NCBI GenBank assembly: GCA_964291625.2
Contig: OZ220089.1
Span: 1-64,000 of the forward strand
Length of the DNA: 64,000 nt
Direction of reading: 5' to 3'
Origin: Candidatus Latescibacterota bacterium
Lineage (GTDB): Bacteria > Latescibacterota > UBA2968 > UBA8231
A model generated the notes under the pieces. That model did no database searches. It saw only the letters and a list, made by a program, of their open reading frames with translations, and was not told the DNA's origin. Shown here in pieces: positions 36,144 through 45,086 of the stretch. Position 1 is the first letter of the stretch, and each line of letters begins with the position of its first letter. Position numbers and translations under genes: made by a program.

Positions 36144-37636
36144 TCGGCGCCTCCCGCCGCCGCCGCGGCCTCCGCCCCGACCCGCGGACCGGTGAAGGAG
36201 CGGAAGTACATGGGCCGCCGGAGATCGTCGACACAGCCGGCATCGAGGTTGTCGACCCCGGCGTCCTCGAGGAACCGGGCGATGAGCCTGGGCACGCAGC
36301 CGTAGACCGAGGCCCCGTGGGCGGCGCCGGGCACGATCACGTGGAGCGAGTTCGACAGGTGCCGGGCCACCGCCTCGCCCCAGCGCGGCGGCGTCACCGG
36401 GTCCAGCCGTCCGGACAGGACCAGCACCGGCTTGTCGGAGACCACGGGGTCGTGATAGCCCGGGGGCAGCTCCCCCCGGGGCCAGAAGTCGCACACCGGC
36501 CCCCACATGTCGAGGACCGCCGGGCCCAGGAAGGGCTCGGCGGCGACTCCGCGGCGGTCCTCCTCGGTCAACCAGGCCACGTCCTCGGCGCACAGGACCG
36601 AGAACAGGAGGGGGACGTTCATCTCGCTCACGCCCTCCATCAGCGGCTCCGAGAGGGCCAGCAGGGGCGCGTAGTCGCCGCCGTGGGCGCGCTCGATCAC
36701 CAGCGGCAGGAGGCGCGTGGTCTCGGCGTCGTACAGGGCCGCGCGCAGGAGGAACAGGACGTGCCGGCGCCCCAGCTCGAACTCGACGACCTGCCCGGTG
36801 CGGGGGTGGGGCACGGCGACCTGCTCGGGGGCCTCCTCGAGCCGGGCGAGCAACTCCTCGTAGCGGCTCCGCACCCGGGGGAAGGCCTCGACGCAGTCGG
36901 GGTCGGCCTCGCAGTCGGCGAGCATCAGCTCCACCGAGCGCCGGGCGTCCTCCCCGATGTGCAGGGGCATGCGCATCCCCGTGGGAGCGACGCCGTCGAG
37001 GACGATGGCGCGCACGCGCTCCGGGTGGCGGCGCAGGTAGACCAGGGCCGCGCGCGTGCCGTAGGACCCCCCCCACAAGTTGATCCGCTCGTAGCCCAGG
37101 GCGCGGCGCACGTCGTCGAGATCGTCCATCGCCGCCGGGGTGGTATACCGACTCGGGTCGGCGTCGAAGGCCTCTAGGCAGCCGCGCAACTGCTGCACCG
37201 GGAGGTCCAGGTCGAAGTTGTAATAGGTTGAGTCGGCGTCGATGTCGTCGCAGCGGAGGGGGCTCAGGTCGCCGGTGCCGCGCTGGTCGACGAGGACGAT
37301 CTCCCGGCGCTCGCGCACCCGGCGCAGGCCGACCTCGGCGACGCGCGCCAGGGAGCTGGCCGGCATCCCCGGTCCGCCGGCGAGGAGGAAGAGGGGGTCC
37401 GGCGCCGCCCCGCGGCCGAGGGCGGGAAGGACGATCACCTTGAGTTCGAGGGTGCGTCCCCGGCCGGACTCCCTGTCCTCGAAGACCTCGAGACGGCCGC
37501 ACTCGGCGCCGCCCACGTCGACCTCGTCGGAGCAGGGCCGCAGCTCCAGGGTGCGCTCCGCGGCGCCCAGGGGAGCGGCGACGAGCAGGGCGGCCAGCAG
37601 CGCCGGCAGCCGCCTCGCCGGGGTGGGCCGGGACAC
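36140..37636 (-). CDS. Secreted TAP-like alpha/beta hydrolase (peptidase S33)
   Basis: Signal peptide; LAGGPG, DQRGTG, GGSYGT, DPVTP, AHG. Confidence 0.85.
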   Translation of the reverse strand: MSRPTPARRLPALLAALLVAAPLGAAERTLELRPCSDEVDVGGAECGRLEVFEDRESGRGRTLELKVIVLPALGRGAAPDPLFLLAGGPGMPASSLARVAEVGLRRVRERREIVLVDQRGTGDLSPLRCDDIDADSTYYNFDLDLPVQQLRGCLEAFDADPSRYTTPAAMDDLDDVRRALGYERINLWGGSYGTRAALVYLRRHPERVRAIVLDGVAPTGMRMPLHIGEDARRSVELMLADCEADPDCVEAFPRVRSRYEELLARLEEAPEQVAVPHPRTGQVVEFELGRRHVLFLLRAALYDAETTRLLPLVIERAHGGDYAPLLALSEPLMEGVSEMNVPLLFSVLCAEDVAWLTEEDRRGVAAEPFLGPAVLDMWGPVCDFWPRGELPPGYHDPVVSDKPVLVLSGRLDPVTPPRWGEAVARHLSNSLHVIVPGAAHGASVYGCVPRLIARFLEDAGVDNLDAGCVDDLRRPMYFRSFTGPRVGAEAAAAAGGAE

Positions 37637-37638
37637 GC

Positions 37639-39072
37639 TCAGCGCCAGCCGCGCTGGCCGGAGAGGCCGCGGTTCGGCGCCGGGGCGACGTCGCGGTCGG
37701 GCTCGCCCTCGAGGCGGCCGTCGCGAACCCAGCGCTCGTCCGAGCCGTAGAGCTCGCCCAGCAGCCGGCGGGTGAGGTCCTCGCGCACGCCGGCGTGGGC
37801 GGGATCCTCCGAGAGGTCCCGCATCTCCATCGGATCCCGGTCGACGTCGAACAGCTGCAGCCGGTTGCCCACGGGGTACCAGATCAGCTTGTGGGAGCCG
37901 CTCCGGACCATGCGCATCGACTTCTCGTCCTCGGAGTGCTCGCAGTAGAGGTGCTCCCGCCGGCTGCCCGAGACCAGCGACAGGCCCTCCACCGTCTCCG
38001 GGACCGGCAGCCCGCACAGGTCCAGGAGCGTGGGCATCACGTCGCGCAGCTCGGCCAGCCGGTCGTCCCGCTGATCGGGAACGCTGCGGTCGCAGCCGGC
38101 GGCGGGCATGAGGATCATGGGGATCTTCGCCGACCACTCGAGCATGGGCGGCTTCGCCCACAGGCCGTGGTGGCCGAGCATGTCCCCGTGGTCGGAGGTG
38201 AACACGAGGATGGTGTCGTCGAGGAGGCCTTCCTCGCGCAGGCAGCCGACGAGCAGCCGGAGCTGGTGGTCGATGTAGGTGCACTGGCCGTAGAACGCCT
38301 GCCGCGCCAGGCGGATCTCGGCCTCGCTCATGGGCGGCACCTTGGCGCGGTGCAGGCGCAGGGCGCAGGGCAGTCCGTCCGGGTCCTCGGCCCAATCGGC
38401 CACGACGGGCTCCTCCACGCCCAGCCGTTCGTAGAGGTCGTAGTAGGGCTGGGGCGGCACCACCGGCGGATGGGGGGTGATGAAGGAGCAGTACCAGAAG
38501 GCCGGGCGAGTCGGGTCCCGCCGCTGGATGGCCCGGCTCATCTCGCGCACCGTCCAGTTCGTCGGGTGGCAGTGCTCGGGCAGGTGCCAGGGCCGGGTGG
38601 TGTAGGCGTTGTTGCCCATGGCGTGGGTGAGCTCCTGGCCGGGGTAGCCCTCCTGGCGCAGGAAGCGCTCGAAGTCGTCGTCGTCGCCGCCGAGGTGGTG
38701 GCGCCCCTCCTCGCAGAGGATGACCTCGTCGAAGCCGATGCGGTCCCGCTGGGGGTAGACGTGCAGCTTGCCCACGGCGTAGGCCTGGTAGCCGTTGTCG
38801 CGGAAGACCCGGGGCATGGTGGGCAGATCCGGGTCCATGCGCAGGTGCTCGTTGAAGACGCGGTCGCCGTGGGTCCGGGCGGTGGTCCCCGTCATCAGGG
38901 CCCGCCGCGCCGGGATGCACGTCGGCGTGGCCGTGTAGGCCTGGGTGAAGAGGGTGCCGTTGGCGGCCACCCGGTCGAGGGTCGGCGTCAGGATGCGCTC
39001 GTGGCCGGCGGCGCCGAGCAGCGGGCCCGGCCAGTGGTCGGCGCAGATCAGCAGGACGTTGGGCTGCGGCAA
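37639..39072 (-). CDS. Cys-type S1 sulfatase (cytoplasmic)
   Basis: PNVLLICADH; CIPARRALMTG (CxPxR); GKLH; SDHGDMLGHHG. Confidence 0.9.
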   Translation of the reverse strand: MPQPNVLLICADHWPGPLLGAAGHERILTPTLDRVAANGTLFTQAYTATPTCIPARRALMTGTTARTHGDRVFNEHLRMDPDLPTMPRVFRDNGYQAYAVGKLHVYPQRDRIGFDEVILCEEGRHHLGGDDDDFERFLRQEGYPGQELTHAMGNNAYTTRPWHLPEHCHPTNWTVREMSRAIQRRDPTRPAFWYCSFITPHPPVVPPQPYYDLYERLGVEEPVVADWAEDPDGLPCALRLHRAKVPPMSEAEIRLARQAFYGQCTYIDHQLRLLVGCLREEGLLDDTILVFTSDHGDMLGHHGLWAKPPMLEWSAKIPMILMPAAGCDRSVPDQRDDRLAELRDVMPTLLDLCGLPVPETVEGLSLVSGSRREHLYCEHSEDEKSMRMVRSGSHKLIWYPVGNRLQLFDVDRDPMEMRDLSEDPAHAGVREDLTRRLLGELYGSDERWVRDGRLEGEPDRDVAPAPNRGLSGQRGWR

Positions 39073-39085
39073 GAACGCCTCCCCC

Positions 39086-40075
39086 CTACTCCTGGGTCAC
39101 CATCTCGTCGTAGAAGGCGACGAGGTCGCCCCGGTTCTCGGCGTTGAAGGCCATGCCGGAGCGCGGGTGCTCGTTGAGGATCCCCGTGACCATGTACGGA
39201 TGGTCGTAGCCCCACATCAGCTCCTGGCGCATCGGCTCGATGTGGTTCTGGATGCACTCGAGGACCGGGCGCAGGTGGTACTTCGGGTTGTGCAGGAAGC
39301 TGAGGAGCAGCTCCAGCTGGCAGTTGCCGGCGCCCCGCCCGAGGCCGGCGACGCTGGCGTCGAGGAAGTTGGCGCCCTTGATGATCGCCTGCACGGTGTT
39401 GGCGAAGGCCAGCTGCCGGTTGTTGTGGGTGTGGATGCCGACCTCCTTGCCGCTGCCCCGGGTCACGGCGAGGAACTTCTCCACCAGCGCCTCCACCTGC
39501 TCGGAGTAGAGGAAGCCGAAGCTGTCGACCACGTAGATCACGTCCACGGGCGAGTCGACGAAGAGCTCCACCGCCTCGTCGAGCTCGCGCTCCTGCACCT
39601 TGGAGACGGCCATGAGGTTCACCGTCGTCTCGTAGCCCTTGTCGTGGGCGTCCTTGATCATGCGCAGGGCCAGGGGGATCTGGTGGATGTAGGTGGCCAC
39701 CCGGATCATGTCGAGGACGCTCTGCTCCCGCGGCAGCACGTCCTCCTCGTAGTCGCTCTTCTCGGCGTCGGCCATGGCCGACAGCCTGAGCCCCGTGTCG
39801 TTGTCGCCGACGATCCGTCGCACGTCCTCCTCGACGCAGTGCTTCCAGGGCCCGAACTCGTTGACCGGGAACTGCTTCCGCGAGTTGATGTAACCGATCT
39901 CCATATAGTCGATGCCGGCCGCCACGCAGGCCTGGTACACGCCCCGCACCACGTCGTCGTCGAACTGGTGGTCGTTCATCAGCCCGCCGTCGCGGATCGT
40001 CGCGTCCAGGACCTTGATCTCCTCCCGGTACGAGATCCAGCGCTCGGCGGCGGTGTGCTCCTCCCGCTCCGTCAT
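39086..40075 (-). CDS. DRE-TIM/HMGL-like aldolase (4-hydroxy-2-oxovalerate aldolase-like)
   Basis: VLDATIRDGG; VDSFG; GIHTHNN; GLGRGAGN. Confidence 0.8.
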   Translation of the reverse strand: MTEREEHTAAERWISYREEIKVLDATIRDGGLMNDHQFDDDVVRGVYQACVAAGIDYMEIGYINSRKQFPVNEFGPWKHCVEEDVRRIVGDNDTGLRLSAMADAEKSDYEEDVLPREQSVLDMIRVATYIHQIPLALRMIKDAHDKGYETTVNLMAVSKVQERELDEAVELFVDSPVDVIYVVDSFGFLYSEQVEALVEKFLAVTRGSGKEVGIHTHNNRQLAFANTVQAIIKGANFLDASVAGLGRGAGNCQLELLLSFLHNPKYHLRPVLECIQNHIEPMRQELMWGYDHPYMVTGILNEHPRSGMAFNAENRGDLVAFYDEMVTQE

Positions 40076-40250
40076 GTCTCTTCCCTGCTGTGCCTGGTGG
40101 TTGCCGAATGCGGTCCGCGGCCCGTCTTGCGGGTCGTCCCGCGGGCTGAGACGGGCCTGGGCCAACGGGGCCCGGACAGCGAGCCTAAGGTCGACACTCG
40201 AGGCCGGTGGCGCCAGTGGCCGGCGCCGCCCGGCGTGGGCGAAGTCGTGC

Positions 40251-40300
40251 TTGACACCCCGGTCCTCCCCCCTATCTTCCATTCGTTTGGCATGCCAAAC
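40251..40300 (+). promoter_or_regulatory. Sigma70 promoter plus downstream 16-bp operator palindrome
   Basis: TTGACA (40251-40256)-16 nt-TATCTT (40273-40278); perfect palindrome GTTTGGCATGCCAAAC at 40285-40300. Confidence 0.65.
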
Positions 40301-40362
40301 TCATGAATGGATTATCGATCATTCGATTGGTTACAGGATCATATGTATATATCGGATTCCGA

Positions 40363-41637
40363 ATGATGGCCCGGTCAACCAGGGGTCCTGCGCGGGGCTC
40401 CTGGACGGCGGCCGCGGCCGCTCTCCTCTGTCTGGCCCCGGTCCGCGGCTCCGCCTCCGGCGAGTCCCCCGGGGCGACGCCCTTCGAGCTGAGCGGCTAC
40501 GGCGAGATCAACTACTGGCGGTTCGACTACGGCCCCGACCAGAAGAGCCGGCCCGAGGGCTCGGCTCCCGACGACCGCGCCCTCATCGACGTCACCCGGC
40601 TGGCCCTGGAGCTGGAGGTGGAGCTGCTGCCCCGGGTCGAGCTGGAGGCGGAGGTGGAGTTCGAGCACGGGGGGACCGGCGGCGCCCTGGAGCTGGAGTA
40701 CGAGGAGTTCGGCGAGTTCGAGCAGGAGGTCGAGAAGGGCGGCGAGGTGATCCTGGAAGAGCTGTACGTGAAGCGCTCCTTCGGCGATGGCCTGGTCCTG
40801 GGCGCCGGCCACTTCTACGTCGCCGTGGGCCAGATCACCAGCCGCTACCGTCCCCTCGACCACTACGGCACGGTGCGGCCCGAGGCCGAGGCGGCGGTGA
40901 TCCCCGCCCTGTGGCACGAGACCGGGATCGAGGCCTCGGGCCGGGTCCGGCGGTGGCGCTGGCGGCTGCAGCTGATCAACGGCCTCGACGCCACCGGTTT
41001 CAGCTCCCAGAGGTGGGTCGCCGGCGGCCACCAGCTGCGCTTCGAGCAGGTCCGGGCCGACCGCCTCGCCCTGGTGGGCCGGGTGGACTTCGAGCCCGTC
41101 CGGGGAGCGCAGGTGGGCGCCTCGCTCTACCGCGGCGACAGCGCCGGCAACCGCCCGAAGCCGGACCTGAAGGGCACCGACGCCCACGTCACCATCGCCG
41201 ACGTCCACGCCCACCTCGACCGGGGGCGCCTGCGGGCGGCCGGACTCTTCCTCCGGGGGCACCTGCAGAACGCCGCCGCCGTGAGCGCCCGCAACCGCAC
41301 CCTCTCCAACAACCTCGACGTCCTGCGCAGCCCCGTGGCCAGCGCCGCCCACGCCCTCTGCCTCGAGGCCGGGTACGACATCCTGCCGTGGCTGGCCGCC
41401 CGTCCCGGCGAGCGCCTCGACCTGTTCGCGCGCCTCGACGACTACGACACCATGAGCGAGGTGCCGGAGGGCTTCTTCGACAACCCCCGCTTCGACCGGC
41501 GGGTGTACACGGTGGGCGTCAACTACGCCGTGGCCCGCAAGCTGGTGCTCAAGGCCGACTACGCCATGCGGCGCCTCGGGGCGGCGCGTTTCAACGACGA
41601 GAACACCCAGGGCCTGGCCCTCGGTTTCCAGTTCTGA
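40363..41637 (+). CDS. Outer-membrane porin-like beta-barrel of imelysin loci
   Basis: Signal peptide; GYGEINY, EVEFEHGGTG, PALWHETG; C-terminal LGFQF. Confidence 0.75.
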   Translation: MMARSTRGPARGSWTAAAAALLCLAPVRGSASGESPGATPFELSGYGEINYWRFDYGPDQKSRPEGSAPDDRALIDVTRLALELEVELLPRVELEAEVEFEHGGTGGALELEYEEFGEFEQEVEKGGEVILEELYVKRSFGDGLVLGAGHFYVAVGQITSRYRPLDHYGTVRPEAEAAVIPALWHETGIEASGRVRRWRWRLQLINGLDATGFSSQRWVAGGHQLRFEQVRADRLALVGRVDFEPVRGAQVGASLYRGDSAGNRPKPDLKGTDAHVTIADVHAHLDRGRLRAAGLFLRGHLQNAAAVSARNRTLSNNLDVLRSPVASAAHALCLEAGYDILPWLAARPGERLDLFARLDDYDTMSEVPEGFFDNPRFDRRVYTVGVNYAVARKLVLKADYAMRRLGAARFNDENTQGLALGFQF

Positions 41638-41668
41638 AGCAGACTCACCTCAGACGGGAGAGCATCCC

Positions 41669-42739
41669 ATGGCACATCGCCTGACCCACCTTCCCCTCAT
41701 CGCGGCCCTGGCCCTCGGGCTGGCGGCCTGCGGGGACGACGACGGCGTCACCGGCCCCGCCACCGAGGCCTACGACTTCGGGCCGATCCTGGCCGACTTC
41801 ACCAACAACGTGGTCATCCCCACCTACCGGGACCTCGACGCCGCGGCGGGGGTCCTGGCCGAGGCCGTGGCCGCCCTGCGGGAGAGTCCCGGCGACGGCA
41901 CCCTGACCGCCGCCCGCGACGCCTGGGTCGCCGCCCGCGTCCCCTGGGAGGCGAGCGAGGGCTTCCTCTTCGGCCCCGTCGACTTCAACGGCTACGATCC
42001 GGCCCTCGACAGCTGGCCCGTCAACCGCACCGACCTCGATGGCGTCATGGCCAGCGGCAACGATCTCGTCGCCGAGTACGTGGACGGCCTCGACGGGACC
42101 CTGAAGGGCTTCCACACCATCGAGTACCTGCTCTTCGACGAGGGCGGCAGCAAGACGGCCGCCGATTTCACCGGGCGCCAGTTCGACTACCTCGTGGCGA
42201 GCACCCGGCTCCTGGCGCGGACGGCCCGGGATCTGCACTCCAGCTGGATCCCCTCGGGCGGGAACTTCGGGGCCAAGGTCATCGAGGCCGGCTCCGGCAG
42301 CGACGTCTACCCCTCGCAGCGGTCGGCGGCCCAGGAGATCGTCAACGGCATGGTCGGGATCTGCGACGAGGTGGCCAACGGCAAGATCGCCGATCCCTTC
42401 ACCGAGCAGGACGCCCGGCTCGTGGAGTCCCAGTTCAGCTTCAACTCCCTGGCGGACTTCCAGAACAACATGCGCAGCGTCTGGAACGCCTATACCGGGG
42501 ACTACGCCGGCCACGAGGGCCGCGGCCTCGACGAGTTCGTCGCCTCGCGCAACAGCTCCCTGGACAGCCGCCTGAAGAGCGAGATCCGGGCGTCGATCGA
42601 CGAGATCGGCAACATCCGCAACCCCTTCCGCGACGCCATCGCCAGCGACGCCGCCCAGATCGAGACGGCGCAGCAGGCGATCGCCAAGGTGCAGCAGACC
42701 CTCGAAGGGGATGTCCTGCCCCTGGTGCTCGCCGAGTAG
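41669..42739 (+). CDS. Imelysin family (IrpA-like) iron-binding lipoprotein
   Basis: LAAC lipobox; GFHTIE (GxHxxE); EVANGKI; ESQFSFNS. Confidence 0.9.
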   Translation: MAHRLTHLPLIAALALGLAACGDDDGVTGPATEAYDFGPILADFTNNVVIPTYRDLDAAAGVLAEAVAALRESPGDGTLTAARDAWVAARVPWEASEGFLFGPVDFNGYDPALDSWPVNRTDLDGVMASGNDLVAEYVDGLDGTLKGFHTIEYLLFDEGGSKTAADFTGRQFDYLVASTRLLARTARDLHSSWIPSGGNFGAKVIEAGSGSDVYPSQRSAAQEIVNGMVGICDEVANGKIADPFTEQDARLVESQFSFNSLADFQNNMRSVWNAYTGDYAGHEGRGLDEFVASRNSSLDSRLKSEIRASIDEIGNIRNPFRDAIASDAAQIETAQQAIAKVQQTLEGDVLPLVLAE

Positions 42740-42767
42740 GGGGTCGGTTGTCTCGGGAGCGCGGCTA

Positions 42768-44150
42768 TTGAGCCGCCTTTGGGGCGCGGGCGCCCTGCTG
42801 CTCCTGGCCGCCTGCGGCGACGGCGGCCCCTCCGGACCGGAGCCGGACCCGGCTTCGGAGAAGGCCCTTTCCGGGGGGGCCGCCACCGTCTTCGACGCCG
42901 CCAGCACCGCCTTCGAGAACCCCCTGCCCGGTCTCGACGGCGAGCAGATGGCCCGCTTCCTGGCGGGGGACGCCGACTTCGAAGCGATCTTCGTCAGTGC
43001 CCCCGCCGAGGTGAACGGCGGCCTCGGTCCGGTCTTCAACCAGACCTCCTGCGCCGGCTGCCACGGCCGCGACGGGCGCGGCCGCTCGGGCTTCGGAGCG
43101 ACCTCGCCCTTCATCGGCTCCTCCCTCATGCGGGTCAGCCTCCCCGGCGTCGGCTCCGAGCATCCCGGGGCCCCGGCGCCGGTGCCGGGATTCGGGGTGC
43201 AGATCGGCGACCGGGCGATCTTCGGGGTGACTCCCGAGGCCCGCGTGGAGGTGAGCTACTTCGAGGAGGAGGGCCGCTTCGCCGACGGCGGGACCTACAC
43301 CCTCCGGCACCCGGTCTACGACATCATCGACCCCTACACCGAGTGGCCGGCGGGGGTGCTCACCTCGGCGCGCATGGCGCCCCCCGTCTTCGGGCGGGGC
43401 CTGCTGGCGGCGGTGGAGGAAGCCGACATCCTGGCCCTCGCCGATCCGGGGGACGCCGACGGCGACGGCGTCTCGGGCCGGCCCAACTACGTCTTCGACG
43501 CGGCCTCGGGCCGCACGGTCCTCGGCCGCTTCGGGTGGAAGGCCAACAACCCCACCCTGCTCCAGCAGGTGGCGGCCGCCTACAAGGAGGACATGGGCAT
43601 CACCACGCCCTACTTCCCGCGGGAGTCCACCGCCGGCCAGCCCCAGGCCGACGGCCTCGACGACGACCCCGAGCTGCCCCGGAAGGTCCTCGACGACGTC
43701 GTCTTCTACATCGCCACTCTCGCCGTTCCCGCCCGGCGCGGCCTCGACGACCCCGAGGCCCTGCGCGGCGAGGAGCTCTTCGCCGGCGCCGGCTGCGCCA
43801 CCTGCCACGTGCCCACCCTGCGCACCGGAGCGGACGAGGTCGCCGACCTGTCCAACCAGGTCATCCATCCCTACACGGACCTGCTGCTCCACGACATGGG
43901 GGACGAGTTGGCCGATCACCGGCCGGACTACGAGGCGGACGGGCGCGAGTGGCGGACCCCGCCCCTGTGGGGCATCGGCCTCACGGCGACGGTGAACGGC
44001 GTCCCCGCCTACCTCCACGACGGCCGCGCCTCCACCCTGATGGAGGCGATCATGTTCCACGGCGGCGAGGGGGAGAGGTCGAGAGAGGCGGTGAGGCGGA
44101 TGAGCGCCGCGGACCGCAAGGCGCTGATCGCCTTCCTCAACTCGCTGTAG
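42768..44150 (+). CDS. Di-heme oxidoreductase family (DHOR/DUF1111) lipoprotein
   Basis: Two CxxCH motifs (CAGCH, CATCH); GRFGWKA; DLLLHDMG; WRTPPLWG; LHDGRA. Start codon uncertain. Confidence 0.9.
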   Translation: MSRLWGAGALLLLAACGDGGPSGPEPDPASEKALSGGAATVFDAASTAFENPLPGLDGEQMARFLAGDADFEAIFVSAPAEVNGGLGPVFNQTSCAGCHGRDGRGRSGFGATSPFIGSSLMRVSLPGVGSEHPGAPAPVPGFGVQIGDRAIFGVTPEARVEVSYFEEEGRFADGGTYTLRHPVYDIIDPYTEWPAGVLTSARMAPPVFGRGLLAAVEEADILALADPGDADGDGVSGRPNYVFDAASGRTVLGRFGWKANNPTLLQQVAAAYKEDMGITTPYFPRESTAGQPQADGLDDDPELPRKVLDDVVFYIATLAVPARRGLDDPEALRGEELFAGAGCATCHVPTLRTGADEVADLSNQVIHPYTDLLLHDMGDELADHRPDYEADGREWRTPPLWGIGLTATVNGVPAYLHDGRASTLMEAIMFHGGEGERSREAVRRMSAADRKALIAFLNSL

Positions 44151-44354
44151 GCTGGACGGCGGGAGCCGCTCCGACGGCGCCAGGCTGCTGTCGACGGCGA
44201 GCCCGGCGGGCTCGGCGAGCTTCCTGGCGGCTCCGGTCCGCGAAGGACGGTTGCCCTCTTCGGCTGCCGGGGTACCGGCGGATCCGCGACGCTCGGACTC
44301 GGTTCCGCCGGCCCGGGCGGCCTGCTCTGGCCGGGTCGGGATCGACCGGCGGTG

Positions 44355-45086
44355 TTACGGCGACGGCAGGGAGACGCGCAGGTGGCCGGGAGCCCCGAAG
44401 TGGGGCGAGGCCTTCAACCCGAGGCCGAGGAACAGTCCCTGCCGCGCCCAGACGACCAGGGGTCCCGCCTCCGGGGTGCGCAGGTCCACGGCTCGCGCGT
44501 ACCCTCGCCGCGGCGCCGGGAAGGGGCCCGGGACACCCGGCTCGGAAGGACCCGAGGAGCCGTACTCCACCGGGGCCCGGGACACGCCGGTGAGCACCAC
44601 GTCGCCCCCCAGCCGCGCGATCCACAGGGACAGCCGCAGAGTCGGGTGCAGGCGCTCCCACTCGCCGCGCAGCTCCGGGGTCCGGAATCCCGCCTCCGGG
44701 AAGTACGTCATCGCCACGCCTCCCCCCGCCAGCAGCAGGATGGGAACCGCCGCCAGGAGCAGCAGGGCCCGCCGCGGGGAGGGCAGGCCGAAGGCCAGGG
44801 AGAGGGCTCCGAAGAGCACCAGGCCTCCGGCCAGCAGCCCGCCCGCCAGCGCCGTCCATTCGGCGTTCGGGTAGCGCTGCAGGATGGCCAGCTGCACGCG
44901 CCCGGTGACCACCAGGGCCGCCGCCAGGCCCAGCCCCAGGCGCAGCAGGCACCCGGGCAGGCGGGCCAGCGCGACGAAGGGGGCCGCGCCCGGGCGCCGC
45001 GCCGGCGGGGCCGAGTCGAAGCCGCGGGCGGAGCCGGCCTCCGCGAGCCCCCCCGGGACGGGACGCACCTCCTCCACGGCGCTCAC
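44355..45086 (-). CDS. Hypothetical membrane protein
   Basis: Three hydrophobic segments; LHPTLRL...AVDLRT...HLRVSLP tail; start overlaps the upstream stop. Confidence 0.55.
   Translation of the reverse strand: MSAVEEVRPVPGGLAEAGSARGFDSAPPARRPGAAPFVALARLPGCLLRLGLGLAAALVVTGRVQLAILQRYPNAEWTALAGGLLAGGLVLFGALSLAFGLPSPRRALLLLAAVPILLLAGGGVAMTYFPEAGFRTPELRGEWERLHPTLRLSLWIARLGGDVVLTGVSRAPVEYGSSGPSEPGVPGPFPAPRRGYARAVDLRTPEAGPLVVWARQGLFLGLGLKASPHFGAPGHLRVSLPSP

Noticed and set aside
40300-40360. Fur box upstream of the imelysin locus
   Set aside because: AT-rich with partial symmetry (GAATG...CATTC) but a poor match to GATAATGATAATCATTATC by eye; a PWM scan is needed.
44151-44354. GC-rich hairpins between convergent genes as an ncRNA or REP element
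   Set aside because: Short stems are expected by chance at this GC content; no U tract and no second copy were seen.
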